This document shows, piece after piece, positions 25,001-37,070 of a stretch of DNA of 64,000 nucleotides. Source of the DNA: Camelus dromedarius (lineage: Eukaryota); assembly GCF_036321535.1 (NCBI RefSeq), contig NC_087437.1, positions 62,746,001 to 62,810,000 of the forward strand, written 5' to 3'. The position numbers were made by a program, and so were the translations under genes. How positions within the stretch are numbered: the first letter of the stretch is position 1; every line of letters starts with the position of its first letter. The notes below the pieces were generated by a model. It worked only from the letters and a program-made list of their open reading frames with translations. It was not told the origin of the DNA and did no database searches.

Positions 25001-28000
25001 TTGGCTTCAGTTTCCAATCTCCCCCACCCCAACCAAATCCATATACTCCTGTTTCCACTAGGCTGCATTATGACTGGCAGGCAGTACCGTTGTCCAGGTC
25101 ATAACTGAAATCCCTGTTACTATGGGGAATCAGGTATGGGGAGAAAAGCATGGGATCTAGGTTGGGAACAGTATGCACATGTGGAAATTTTCCCCAGATA
25201 AGGGCACATCCCTGGGAGGCAGAGAAGACTAAGAGATACATTGGAAAAGCATGCATGCAAAATGGTCAATTCAATTTTCATAGTGGTAAAGGTACTTCCT
25301 GGAAGATAAAGAAATAAAAGGGTATGTATGCATCAAGGTCCCAAGGCTTTTGTCCCTTGGGTGGTGAACTAAGGTCAACAAAAGTGAATGTCACAAGGGT
25401 TCCTCCTTGAGGTTACCAATACCTTTCTAAAGGAACTTGGTGTCATGGTTTCACACATTAAATTCAGTTTATAAAATGAGCTGTATTAATTCATAGGCCA
25501 TTCACTTTAAGTCATAAGGTTCCTGCTTAGTGACTCTGAGAAAAGGTAGGGGAAAAAAAAGAAATTATAGATGAGGAGGACTTAGGATGCCCTGTGAATC
25601 CCCACAACCCTTACCCACACCCTGTGATGTCTGACTCACGCTGGAACCCAACTGCCCCTGCAGTGGGAAGAGCCACGGGTATGTGATCCCAGCACCTCTC
25701 CTGCTGGCGGACTCAGCCTGGGCAAGGCACCAACCCTTCCTTTACCTCTGAGATACGCAGCCTCCTGAACCAGGTACTGCCTCACAGTCTAAATGGGGAG
25801 ATACCATGGCACGTGGACTCGAGATGCAAGGACAATGGTACAATAGCAAACAAGTATAAATAAATCCCATGCGCACTGTGGAGAAGCAGAGGAGAGCAGT
25901 GGTCAGGGAAGGATTCCAAGAAGTGACTTTTGTCCACATACCCAAACTTAATTACAAGTTGAAAATGAAAGGCTCTAAAACTGGCTTCCACCTACCAACG
26001 TCAGAAAACAGTCCAGGCTCCGGGATCTAAGAAGTCACCAACTCCAGCCTGCAAAACAGAACTTAGCAACCTACAGGTGACTTGAAATCCTTTTCATCAC
26101 TCGGAAACAAGGTGCCTTGAAAAATTTTAAGACCACTAAAGAAGAATCCAGAATGGACCCACTTCTTCAGGTGGAGAGGAAGTCTAAGTAGCCAGAGCCA
26201 TCCTGAAACATCCCCCAGAGCGTGACATCAATAATTCATCACTCTTCAGACACACACATGCCGTGATCTCACATTTGGCTATTTTTTACTTCCAAAAAGC
26301 CAGTTATAAATGTATTTGCTGTCTTCCTTCCTTCTCACCTATCTCTATTTCCATTCTACCCCTGTTTTTCAGTTTTCCTGCCTTTCAAGACTAATTTCAA
26401 GGTAGGGAAGGAAGATCATTTTTATTAAAACCCCTTTGCCACACCCATACACAACAGAATCAAAAACTAGATCAGAAGGACACATTAGAGTTTCCTTCCT
26501 TACCTTTCCAAATCAAAAGACAAGCTCTCTACTAACTTTGTCCACATTTTTCTCAAATGTGATCTTTAAAGGCCATACAGGTACATCCCTAAATCCTTGA
26601 CTCTCCCTCTAGTGTTAACAATTACAACTGCTTGGGATTCACCAGAGCAAGTCCAGGATCACTTAGCTTTGAGGGTAAAATAACCAGAACATTCCACTGC
26701 CTCTTCGTTCCTTTTCCTCAGACTTTTAAGGGAGGTGTCCTTTAAATGCTGAGTGATTGGAAGCCAGTTGTGAGTCAAGGCCCCTTGACCTGGGAACCAT
26801 AGTAGTGGGTTCTGACCCATGAGCTTCAGAGTCGTCTGTACAACCAGAGAAACTGGTTTAACTGAAAAGGGAGGCCGACCGTCCCTGGTACAGATGCCCT
26901 CCACTCCCATCAGCCTCTCAGCCTCCTCCCTAAGTTCTCTGTGTTGCAACTGGGCAAGCTTCCTCCTATGGAGTTTTGGGGCTCTGGACAGTGCACTCAA
27001 GCTCAGTACAAGACCTTATCTTCTCAGTCTGCTTCCAAATAGATGTCTTCAGGCTGGGTGGGGACTCAGAACTCCCTAACTCCTCTGTTAGAGCAGGCTC
27101 AAGGAGCCTCAGCAGTGCCCAACACCTCAGAGACTATCACCCTGCCCAGGGTAGCTAATTCATCTCCCATACCATCTTCCTCAGCTTTGAGCCCAAGTTT
27201 TCCATCTTTGCATGTTTTAAATCTAGGAAAGAGTAAGGAGTAAAGCGGGAGAAGGGGAGTGGCACCCACCTTTGTTACTCTCCTTTTCTCTTTTAAGCTG
27301 CTTTCAATTGCCTGGGCTGATTACCTCCCTCAATTTTCAGCTGAGGGTCGGTGGTCTTCTCCAACTTTGGCTCCAGAACACCCCCTCTCCAAGCCACAGA
27401 GCCTACAGCCACAGCTTTTCTAGTCTTGCAGGCAGGAGGCGGCCCAGCAGGCGCTCGGCAGCATAGAGGGAAGGGATGGCCAGGGCAAGTCACAAACAAA
27501 GCAAAGGCTGAGAGACCCCTGGAGAATTAAATTCTGTAAGGAAGCTGGAGCTGCCACACATCTGGACTCAAGGAGGCAGCTGCTTGGCCCTTAGATAAGC
27601 ACCGCCCAAGTCCTTGCATTCTGCCTTTGGACAGGAAACGACTCCCAAGAAATCCTACTTGGAAACCCTTCACCATGAAAGCAGCCAGCCTTCGGGGCAA
27701 ACCCACCCACTCAGAGTCCCTTTGGCCATTTCCTGCTTCCTCTCCCTTTTAATATCCCTTTCCTTTAGTTCCCAGCCTTGGCTTTGAATGTTTCTGAACT
27801 AGGTCTGGGTTTTTGTGAGGGTCCCTGGCCTCCTAAAATTCTTTCTCCCCTGAGTTCTGGCTTTTAGAATTAAAACCAGAATTACTACAGCTCCAGGCTG
27901 TCCTAGTTAAATGCAGAGGTTGAAGGAATCTAATGCTGGGATTATGAACCTTAATGACTTGAGGAAAGGTTCTTTAGATTTAGTTTTTGCAGCCTTACAT

Positions 28001-29090
28001 CTGCTCAGGATGGAGAATTTGTCAGGGCTATGTGTGTGTGTGTGTGTAGGGGGGCGCACAGAGGATGGCGATCACTTGAATGAAGTTCATTCACCAGGAA
28101 GTCCAAGAGAAAATGCCATCAGGACTTTATTAGGCAAGGATGGGTACCGAGACTGGGGCATTATAAATGGGGTTGGAGGCGAGAGACTTAATAGGTTAAA
28201 TTTTAAAAGGGCAAATGTCAAGTGAGAGCCTGTATTTTCACTTCTAACAACACAGAAACAATCTCCCTCCAAGCTGAGGTGTTAAAGTGACATGAACTGC
28301 GTTAGAAACATCTGCTAACTCTGTCTAGGAAGGTTCCAGTTTCCTTTTCAGGAGAGGCTACATACACATTGATAACCTTCTTTCTGCCTTCTCACCACCT
28401 TCTCACCACCTTCTTTTGCAGGCTGATTTAGGGGAAATTAGTTACTTCCTGCAAGTCTCCTCAACGACATTAAAATTAGCAGAATAATTAAATACAGTCC
28501 TAATTGGGTACATAGAGAGTTCTTGGTTAATTAATGAGCCAAGCTCCGGCCCAGAGCTGCAAACCCATGCTGGCCTGCCAAAGCCCAGGCGGAGAAAAGC
28601 CTGCTCCAGTCCCAAAAGAAAACTGTCACTTGGCAAAAACAGTTCCTGGTGTAGACACAAGTGTCAAACACATTCCTGTAGCTAGGAGTCATCTGTTACT
28701 CCGCGGCTGAGGTTCATATGTAAATGAGGGCAGGAAAGTGTGACTCTGTCACTACAGGGACGCGCACAGCTGAATGCCCTCTCCCCATCCCCCGCATCCG
28801 CGCCCCACCCCCCTGCAGGCTGGAGCCCAGACAACCAAAGTCGCTGATAAGTAACCGAGTTCCCAAACTGCCGCTCTGCATCCAAGTCAGAAGCTCCCCG
28901 AGAGCGAGCGAACCCGCGTCGCGCGGAGAAAACTGAGATGAGCCGACTTGCCGGCAAACTCCTCGCTCTCGCCGCGCTCCTCGCCCCACCCCCGTTTCCC
29001 CCACCCCACGCTCTCCCCGCATCCCTCCCTCGTACTTGGCCGTCCCAGGCTTCGGCTGAAAAGAAGGCGCCTACGCCGACAGCCACTCAC

Positions 29091-29175
29091 CTCCGCACGG
29101 GAAACAGCAGCAGCACTTCGCAAAGAGCCACCCCAAAGAGGGACCCCTGGTGTAGGCGCGGTCGCCGCCCTTCAT
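29091..29175 (-). CDS. KALRN: Coding part of the alternative first exon of the KALRN Duet/TRAD isoform (28 codons + 1 nt)
   Basis: ATG at 29175 with A at -3; translates as MKGGDRAYTRGPSLGWLFAKCCCCFPCG, then a consensus donor GAG|gtgagt (29090-29085). It resembles the Duet N-terminus as I recall it, lies in a CpG island, and ends in phase 1 like the SH3 exon. Confidence 0.9.
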
Positions 29176-29204
29176 GCTGCCGCGCGGCCCCAGCGCTCCC
29201 GCAT
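29172..29204 (-). other. Candidate uORF (MRERWGRAAA*) in the Duet 5' UTR; its TGA overlaps the main ATG
   Basis: Minus strand reads gcc ATG CGG GAG CGC TGG GGC CGC GCG GCA GCA TGA; the final ATGA (29175-29172) contains the Duet start codon. Real only if transcription starts upstream of 29204. Confidence 0.6.
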
Positions 29205-29829
29205 GGCCCGGGCCGCCAGCAGCGGTGGGAGCGCGGCGGGCAGGCCACCTCGGCGCCGCGGCCCCGAAGCCAGCTGCCACCTCGTCCCTCCCTCCCCGCC
29301 GTCCTCTCCCGCACGGCGGCCGCCGCTCAGACTTTCTGGGAGCCGGAGCCACCTTGGGGAGGAGGCGGGGAAGGGCCCGGCGGGGAGGGCGGGACTGGGG
29401 CGGAGTTCCAAAGTCCAGCTGTTCGCCCGAGGCCCGCCGGCAGCGTGGCCCAGAGCCTTATGCAACGCGGCTGTGGCTCTGCGCGCAGGGGGAGCGAAGG
29501 GAGGACGGTCGCACACAGCCCCCCAACCCCGGCACGAAACAGGTGCTTCTCCTTTAGTGCAGCCTCCTCTCCTCAAAGGCTTCCACAGTCAGCTCTGGCT
29601 TAAACACACAACCCCACGAGGCCAAAGAGGAGGGAGAGGAACAGATTTAGAAGGTTCATGACGCTTTTTCCCTAACAGGTTCACCCTCTCCTTCTCCTCA
29701 GCCTCCGAACATAGACAGTCCCTCTGTGCTGAAAACACCTTCACCTTCCCTTTTCTTTCCTTCTTTTTAATATTTGATGCTAATAATGGTAATAGTGCCT
29801 CCCCCTTTTATCAGCTCCAGGATGGAGTG

Positions 29830-30030
29830 ATGTGCAAAAGCACTCCACATTGGAAACCACCAAACTGAAATTCAAAGCTGTTGTGTCCCCTACTAGTTGT
29901 TTGAACTTGGGCAAGTCATTTCACTTTTCTGATCTTCAGTTTCCTCATTTAAAAAAACATATAAATAAAGGAAAATGAATTCCTGTATTATATGATTTCT
30001 AAGAGAATTTTCAAAGACATGTCCATGGAA
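29830..30030 (+). mobile_element. MIR SINE upstream of the Duet CpG island
   Basis: TACTAGTTGTTTGAACTTGGGCAAGTCATTTCACTTTTCTGATCTTCAGTTTCCTCATTT core. Confidence 0.68.
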
Positions 30031-31501
30031 GGAGCTGTTTTAGAGAGACGTTCCAGTTGAGTGAGTGAAACTACAGACACCTTACTCGTAGTGGAAGATT
30101 TCCATTCACCCCTCACCTCCACTACTATGCCCATGAGGTCTATCATCCCTTTACTTAAATCCCTGTTTCCTTTTCAAGTCTTTTCCATATTTCAAGGCCA
30201 AGCTCATATCCCCACCTGTCCCCCAAGAAGCCCACCTGGACCACATTCAGCTGGACCTTTCCATGAACCACTGTGTTTATCACTCACAAAGCATCTCTCC
30301 CATTCCTTTGTGTCCAGATTTAGGAGAAAGTATTGCTGGAAATATACAGCACTTATAAAGTAGAGAGAGCCTATTCATCAGAAGAAAAGGGAAGTTTGTG
30401 AGAGGAATAAAAAACAGAAGTTTGATCACTCAATTCCCACCTGGAAGAAAGACAGCCACAGGACAAGGTGTTTGGAAGTTACCAAGGTTTGGGGCTTCCT
30501 TTCTCAGTCTGACCCATGGTTAGGTTTTGTGCCTTATTTATCTGCATTGCAGCACCTGCCACATGGTTGGGACACAGTAGGTGCTCAGTAAATACAGTAG
30601 TACAACTTCACAAGTAACAATACATAGCATTCATTATGCATTTATTTGTGCCAAGCAGTTTCATAATTGCCTTCTATACATTAGCTCATTTATCCACACC
30701 AAAAAGCCTTATAAGAAACTGAATGAATGAATTATGATGAGGCTTTGATGGTTCAACTCTAAAGAGAAACTCTAAGAAAGTTCCCCCCATAGGAACAGCA
30801 GAACCAAAAGTCAAAATCTAACTTCTAGGTCTACCACTGCAACCCATGGCCTCTCTTGTCAAGAATTCTCTAAGAATCTCACTGTTGAGCAGGAAATGTG
30901 CCCCTGGTGCTCCACATACGAAACAAAGAAACAGAAGTTCAAATTGCTCATGCAGCCCATACCCCAGATTCCTGAATTCACTGATCATCCTGACTATTGT
31001 TCAGTCTCATCTTGCCAGCTGGACTTATTGGAGGATCACATTTATCCCGGGTTCTAGCTCTGACCCATGGCAACCAGTACTATTGTCTAGTTCTCTCTTC
31101 CACATCCCTAAAGACAACACCCTGTTTGCAGTTCTTGTAAGCCCAGAGCAGAAAATGGCCAGGACCTTCAGCCCTTCTAAAAGTGAACTTGGTTTGCTTG
31201 TGATCTACTGCATGGGTGCTGTGATACAAGAGTCAACACTGGGTCTACCCACCCAGTCCACCTCTTTGAATACTTTGGGGGTATTCAGGTAGGAATTCAA
31301 AGATGCTTCAAAACTGCTTGAATTGAGTAACCAATTCCCTTTTTACTTAAACCTTCCTCTGGGCCTTTGTGTTCAGGTGACACTGGATCATCTTTCCATC
31401 ATAATCCTTTGCAAGAGGCTGATGACATCATCTTGCAGAAATGGGCTTGAATTAGATGTCTGATGAAGATCCAGCCCTTACTTCAGAAATCAGAGAAGCA
31501 G

Positions 31502-31667
31502 AAATTATTAGGTATAAAATAAGCTACAAGGATATATTGTACAACATGGGGAATATAGCAAATATTTGATACTATAAATGGAATATAACCTTTAAAAATT
31601 GTGAATCACTATATTGTACACCTGTAACTTATATAATATTGTACAACTATACTTCAATTAAAAAAAA
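31502..31667 (+). mobile_element. Older L1 3'-end fragment
   Basis: TATAAAATAAGCTACAAGGATATATTGTACAACATGGGGAATATAGC...CTATACTTCAATTAAAAAAAA; decayed TSD AGAAATCAGAGAAGCAG / AGAAACCAGAGTACCAG. Confidence 0.82.
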
Positions 31668-32261
31668 AGAAACCAGAGTACCAGTAGACCCTAAAGTAGT
31701 CTTAGTCTCTATGAAGAGGATCCATTAGGCATGTTTCCATTGGTCCTTATAATCCAGGAATCCATCCTACTCTCAACTTAAAGGCATAAAGCCATTAGGA
31801 ACACCTGCCCATCTTAAGTTGATATGGTCAGCACATTTTTGGCCATCTAGGAAACTGGCTAGGCATCAATAGCCCAAGAGTCCCACTGCCATCCTCATGT
31901 GCCTTCCAGAACGAGACCAGGGATGTCTACAACCTGGCAAGGAGGTCTTGAACACTACTAGGACACTGACTGATTACAGGCAGATTCATTCACTCAGCGA
32001 ACACTTCTTGTCTACTATGTGACAGGCTCTGTTCTAGACACTGGGTCCACATTTGCAAACAAAAACAATCGCAGCCCTTGTGGAGCTAGCCACTAGAACA
32101 GACCCAACATGAAGGTGCACATGAAAGGAAAGGGAATCAGTGTTAGAAATCTGACCAAGTTTTGAGTGAAGGGATTTAAGAAAATAAGTGCTTCAATCCT
32201 CTAACCTACAACTCAGCGTTTTAAGGTAACGTCCTCTGGACAATTGAGAGGGAAGGGTAGG

Positions 32262-32711
32262 GCAATGATTTTTAAACACTGATGCTTATTAGAATTATCA
32301 AGGAAGCTCTTCTAATTTTAGACATTAATATTTTTTTAAGGTTCTCTGGGTGTTCCCAGGTTGGAACCAAGTTTAAGAACCATTGATGCCTGGGTCTCCC
32401 CCAACCCCCTAATCCTTCTCAAGATTCAGATTAATTTACTTTGGGTGAGGCTGGGCATCAGTGTGCTTTAAAGCTCCCCCGATGTTTGTAACATGCAGCA
32501 TAGTTTGAGAACCATCGGTGCAGTGCGGCGGTTCTCCAACTTGAGTGTGTATCAGAGTCACCTGGACAGTGAGTTAAACCTCAGGTTACTGGGCCCCACT
32601 CCCAGACTTTGATTCAGTAGGTCTGGGGTGGGGCCTGAGGATTTGCATTTCTGCAAGTTCCCAGGTGATGTTGATGTCATTGGTACAGGAGCCACACTTT
32701 GAGAACCACTA
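32262..32711. mobile_element. Cluster of about three MER5A/MER5B hAT MITE copies; a complete MER5A at 32526-32711
   Basis: Three TTTGAGAACCAC-type termini (~32380, ~32515, 32711); 8-bp TSD GTGCAGTG (32518-32525) / GTGTAGTG (32712-32719) around the last copy. Confidence 0.8.
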
Positions 32712-32739
32712 GTGTAGTGAATTTCTTCCCATCAGTTTG

Positions 32740-33265
32740 CAATCTGTGCCCCCTTTTCTGTAATAGAACCTTGATTTTTCTTTGAGGACCCAGGCCTTCT
32801 GCATTCTCAGACTATGTTTTTGGTTGACATCCTCCCTCCGTTCACCTTCCACTCCAAGGATGGGCCTGTGACCTGGGTTTGGCCAGTCAGCTACAGGGAC
32901 TGTGTACAGATTTGACACGTGACTCCGTTTCAGCCAGTGGTCATAAACCGTGAGCCCTTAGCTACAACTACTGGGAAAGCAGCAACCCCTTCCCAAACTT
33001 TCAGTTGGTAGAATGTTAACCTAAAGCAGCTGGAGGCCACTTTGCAACAACCATATAGGCAGGCACTGCCTAAGAATAAAGCCAACACGAGGAGAGATGA
33101 GATGAGAGAAAGATGTATACTGTGTGTGGGTGAGAGAGACGTTTGATGATAGCACCTGAATAACTAGATATGCTTTCCCCTCAAAGCTTTATCTATCTCT
33201 GGACCTTATCTGAGCCCCCACCCCATGCCAAATAAACATCTTTTTGCATAAGACAGTTGAATATC
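32740..33265 (+). mobile_element. Old MaLR LTR (MLT1J/K-like), degenerate
   Basis: GGGCCTGTGACCTGGGTTTGGCCAGTCAG...GCAGCTGGAGGCCACTTTG...AATAAAGCCAACAC...GCCAAATAAACATCTTTTT. Confidence 0.5.
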
Positions 33266-34394
33266 TATAGTTTCAGGATTTTCCAACTCCATCCCACCCA
33301 CTCCCAAAGTTCAGGCTAAGAGCCACTGAGCAATACCTTTAGAGTGTTCCTGACTTCCAGACAGTTAAGTCTGATTCTTTTTTTTGACAGAGTCTGTCTT
33401 CACTGATGCCTCCCGTCAGTCTGTCTTACATGAATTAAGCTCTCTACCTACCCCTGTGTCCATTTGAACTCATCTCCATTTCCACAACAGTGAACCCCAA
33501 AGAATTCGGGCTGGTCTCAGCCTCCAGACATGCTGGGCCAGGTACACCGCAATGCTGGGCTTGGTACCACGGCTAGTGCCCTCTCCCAAGCTAGTCACGG
33601 GCGTCAAGAACACTAGGCTGTAACCTCAGGCATCTGCCCTTTTCATGGACAGATATATGTCCGATTTTTTCCTTTAGACTTATTCTCTTCAGATTTACAG
33701 GAACAGAGTTTTAAAAAATCACAGTGTTTATCCACATTTCTTAGGGAGAGCTCAGCCCAGAGACAGAAGAAATGGCATCTGAGCCCCAGTGCAGGCCTAG
33801 AGATTCCTGTGAGAACCTTCTTCCAGTGACAGGTACAGCGCACACCTCCTACAGAACATGTCCAGAGAGGCTCCGTGAGGGCTGTGGGCGTGGTTTCTGG
33901 TGAGTGTGGGGGACAGGCCTGCCCTTCTCAGCCCCACCCCAACCAGTCACTTACCTGCCTTTCCTTCCAGCAGAGAATCTGGCTTCAGCAGCCACTCTCA
34001 GATTCGGATCCAGAGTCCTATCTAGAGTTTTCACAAAGTTCTGTACGTGACCCAGGTGTAAAATCAGGGCCAAGGACCGCTGGCCTTGAGCCTCGGGGAT
34101 TACTTCCCGCGTGGTAGATACAGACACAGATGTTTTCACTCACTCCAACTCTGACAGCGGTCCCTTGACTCATTCTCCCACTGCCTGCTATGCTCTCCAG
34201 TTACTAACCACACACTCCTGAGCTCATCTTCCTTGTGTAGGTTTCTGACCTGTGAACTGCCTGATGGCTGATACAGAGTGGTTGATAATTTTCCCCCAAT
34301 TCTCCTGTCCTGGCCTCCACGTGTGACTGTGGCTTAAAACTCTAAGGTTCTTGCCAGGTACTGATCATTTATTCAACAAAGAATTGGTTTTTTG

Positions 34395-34640
34395 GGGGGA
34401 GAAGGGTGGGAAGGATCAGACTGGGAGTTTGAAATTTGTAGATACTGACAGGTATACATAGAATAGATAAACAAGTTTATACTGTATAGCACAGGGAACT
34501 ATATACAAGATCTTGTGGTAGCTCATGGTGAAAAAGAATGCAACAATGAATGTATGTATGTTCATGTATGACTGAAAAATTGTGCTCTACACTGGAATTT
34601 GACACAACATTGTAAAATGACTATTGCTCAATTAAAAAAA
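34395..34640 (+). mobile_element. Young 5'-truncated L1 3' UTR with poly(A)
   Basis: L1 3' UTR motif ACTGTATAGCACAGGGAACTATAT; perfect 17-bp TSD AAAGAATTGGTTTTTTG at 34378-34394 and 34641-34657. Confidence 0.92.
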
Positions 34641-36274
34641 AAAGAATTGGTTTTTTGAATATCTAGTACCTGCAAGTCACTAAGTTAACCTGTATATGGG
34701 AATTTATATGGGAAACTGATACGAGAAATATAAATCAAATAAAACGTGTTCCCTGAGCAAAGACAAAGGAAAGCAGGGTGAGTTCTGGAAAAGCAGCTAG
34801 TTCAATTTTTTTTTTTTTTTTGGCAGAAAAAAGAAACTGGGGACAGAATGGGACTGGACATAAAGTAGAAGTTACATCTTTATGTGAAGATGAGGAACTG
34901 AGATAACAATTATCAGTGACTAGAAACACTTAAAATTAAAAAGAAAGGAGGTATATTGTAGATTGCTTCTGTATTTAATTTGAACTCCAAATATGTCTTT
35001 CAAAATTGTGTCATGTCCATGTCCAACAACCATTCCCGGGTAATTTGCTTTATTTTATAGTTATGTCTACAGAAAAAGCATGGTTGCCAGCATTATGCAC
35101 AGTAATCTCTTCTCATCTTTCCTGTCTAGTGTGGGCTAACCACTGTACCACTGCTGGCCCTGTGGGTGCCTCCATCCACCTAGTGACAGCTCCCAGACTC
35201 CAAGGACTAAACCTCCACTGAGCTCGTCCGATCCATTTTCAACTATGCCCTGTAAGCGTGTCCCTCTGTCCCTCTGTGCCTGCCCACCTGACACCTGTCT
35301 GCCTCCTTATGGCTGTCTCACTTAGGCTCAAAGTTAAGCCCGAGTTCACCCTGCCAGTCACCCTCTGTTTTTCAGGAAGGAAATATCACCGATCACCCTC
35401 TGGTCTGAACCAAGCCCCAGGTGAGGGTGGTCCAGGTGATGGTGAGAAGACCATGGGGTTTCACAAAGGACCCAGGGGTCTCCCCCGAACAGCCAGTGTG
35501 CACATGCACTTCTGGGGGACAGTGAGGTGGAGCTGCAGGCAGCCAGGACGGGTTCCTGGAGATCCAAGCTCAGGAGGAGACAAGCTATTTATCAATAAAT
35601 AGCTGCAGCTGAAGTTGCTACAAACAAACCACTCCAGGTTTTATCTACTTCCAGAAACGTTCACTTCTAAGTAGGTCAAAGCGTTCCCAAAGTAGGGCAG
35701 TGAGAAGTGCTAGTCTATCACTCTGACTGAGTTCCAATTTGGGAAGTCTTTCCACTGCTAAGTGTCCACTACAAGGGATGGTATTTTCATCCTAACGGTC
35801 AATGCCACCTTCCCTCCCACAGGCAGAAGTAGCAGCTGTCACAGCATGTAGATTCATGGGGTGCGATGAAGCAGTTTCTGATACCTTAAATGCAAAGTGG
35901 ATTTTGCCTTGATGTAACTCAGGTCAGTTTATAGAAGATTTCAATACTAGGAGGGATGTAGAAGATGCTGCCCATCCTTGTATTTCTGTATTTTCAACCA
36001 TTCCAAATAAATGAGGGGTGCTTAGCCCTTGTGTCCCCAGAGAAGACTTCCCAGGAAGCAGGATTTCAAAGACTCTCTCAGTCAGAACTCCTAGCATTGG
36101 AACATTGTTTCTCGTTCCCATTCCCTCCTGCTAAAGCTTTCACCAGTTTCCTCTACGATTCTTCAGGAATGGAGGACACACGGAGCCTGGTCCTTCACAC
36201 ATAAACTCTCTTAGGGGTCCTTGATACTTGGTCCTTCTTCCCTCCCCCTGCTCCCTCCCTCCCTCCCTTCCTGT

Positions 36275-36695
36275 AAATATTTACTGAGAACTTCTTACAT
36301 GCCAGTCGCTGCTCTAGACACCAGGGATAGAGTAATGAACAAAATAGACAAAATCCCTGCACTTGTAGGGGGAATCTCGGGGGCAGTGGGAGGAAGAGAC
36401 AATAAACATTGATAAATATGTCAGGTAGTGACATAATTGCAATGAGGGAGAGTAAAACAGGGACGTGGGTTTACAGTGTGATGGTAGAGGGTGGGAGTGA
36501 GGGGAGACCTCTCTAGTTAGATAACATTCAAGCAGAGACATGGAGGAAGTGTGGTGGCACGCTGTCCAGGTATAAGAGGACCTGGGGTATCCAGAATGTT
36601 CCAGCAGAGGGAACACAAGGTTTGAGTGCTAGGTGGGAGAGTGCGTGGCTCAACTGGGGAAGAGCTCCGTGAGGCAGGAAGGCCAGGAGGTGGCA
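36275..36695 (-). mobile_element. L2a-like 3' fragment
   Basis: AAATATTTACTGAGAACTTCTTACATGCCAG...ATGAACAAAATAGACAAAATCCCTGC...TTCCAGCAGAGGGAACAC. Confidence 0.72.
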
Positions 36696-36698
36696 GCA

Positions 36699-37070
36699 TG
36701 TGGTAGGAAGTATGAGCCCTCCCCACAGATGTCCACACCCTAATCCCCAGAAACTGCAAATATGTTACCTTACACGGCGGAAGGGACTTTGCAGATGTGA
36801 TTAAGTTAAGGACCCTGCAATGGGGAGGGTATCCTGGATCATCCAGGTGAGCACAATGTAATCCCATGAGTCCTTAGGAGCAGAGAACCTTTCCTGCTGT
36901 GGTCAGAGGGAGATGTGACTTTGGAAGAGGGATCAGAGAGGTACCACATTGCTGGCTTTGAAGATGGAGGAAGGCACTGCAAGCCAAAGAATGCAGGTGG
37001 CCTTGGGAAGATGGAAAAGGTGAGGGAGCAGCCTCTTCCCTAAAGCCTCCAGAAGGAACACAGGGCTTCT
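36699..37070 (+). mobile_element. MaLR LTR (MLT1C/D-like)
   Basis: TGTGGTAGG...GATGTCCACACCCTAATCCCCAGAAACTGCAAATATGTTACCTTACACGGC...GACTTTGCAGATGTGATTAAGTTAAGGA...GCTGGCTTTGAAGATGGAGGAAGG. Confidence 0.85.

Larger units (their letters stand above)
28700..29560 (-). promoter_or_regulatory. KALRN: CpG island / internal promoter for the Duet/TRAD isoform
   Basis: Abrupt high-GC, CpG-dense stretch in an otherwise CpG-depleted window. GC boxes at ~29361-29405 (GGGCGGGA, GGGGCGGAG), NRF1-like TGCGCGCA at 29480-29487, no clear TATA box. It surrounds a first coding exon with a strong donor. Confidence 0.88.

Noticed and set aside
28682..29661. Multiple long overlapping ORFs (221, 237, 134 aa) on both strands
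   Set aside because: Expected from stop-codon scarcity in a GC-rich CpG island; low-complexity Ala/Arg/Pro/Gly translations. Only the 85-nt Duet exon and the uORF are supported.
30846..31292. 148-aa plus-strand ORF with an ATG start
   Set aside because: No recognisable domain or splice structure, antisense within an intron; length compatible with chance in 64 kb.
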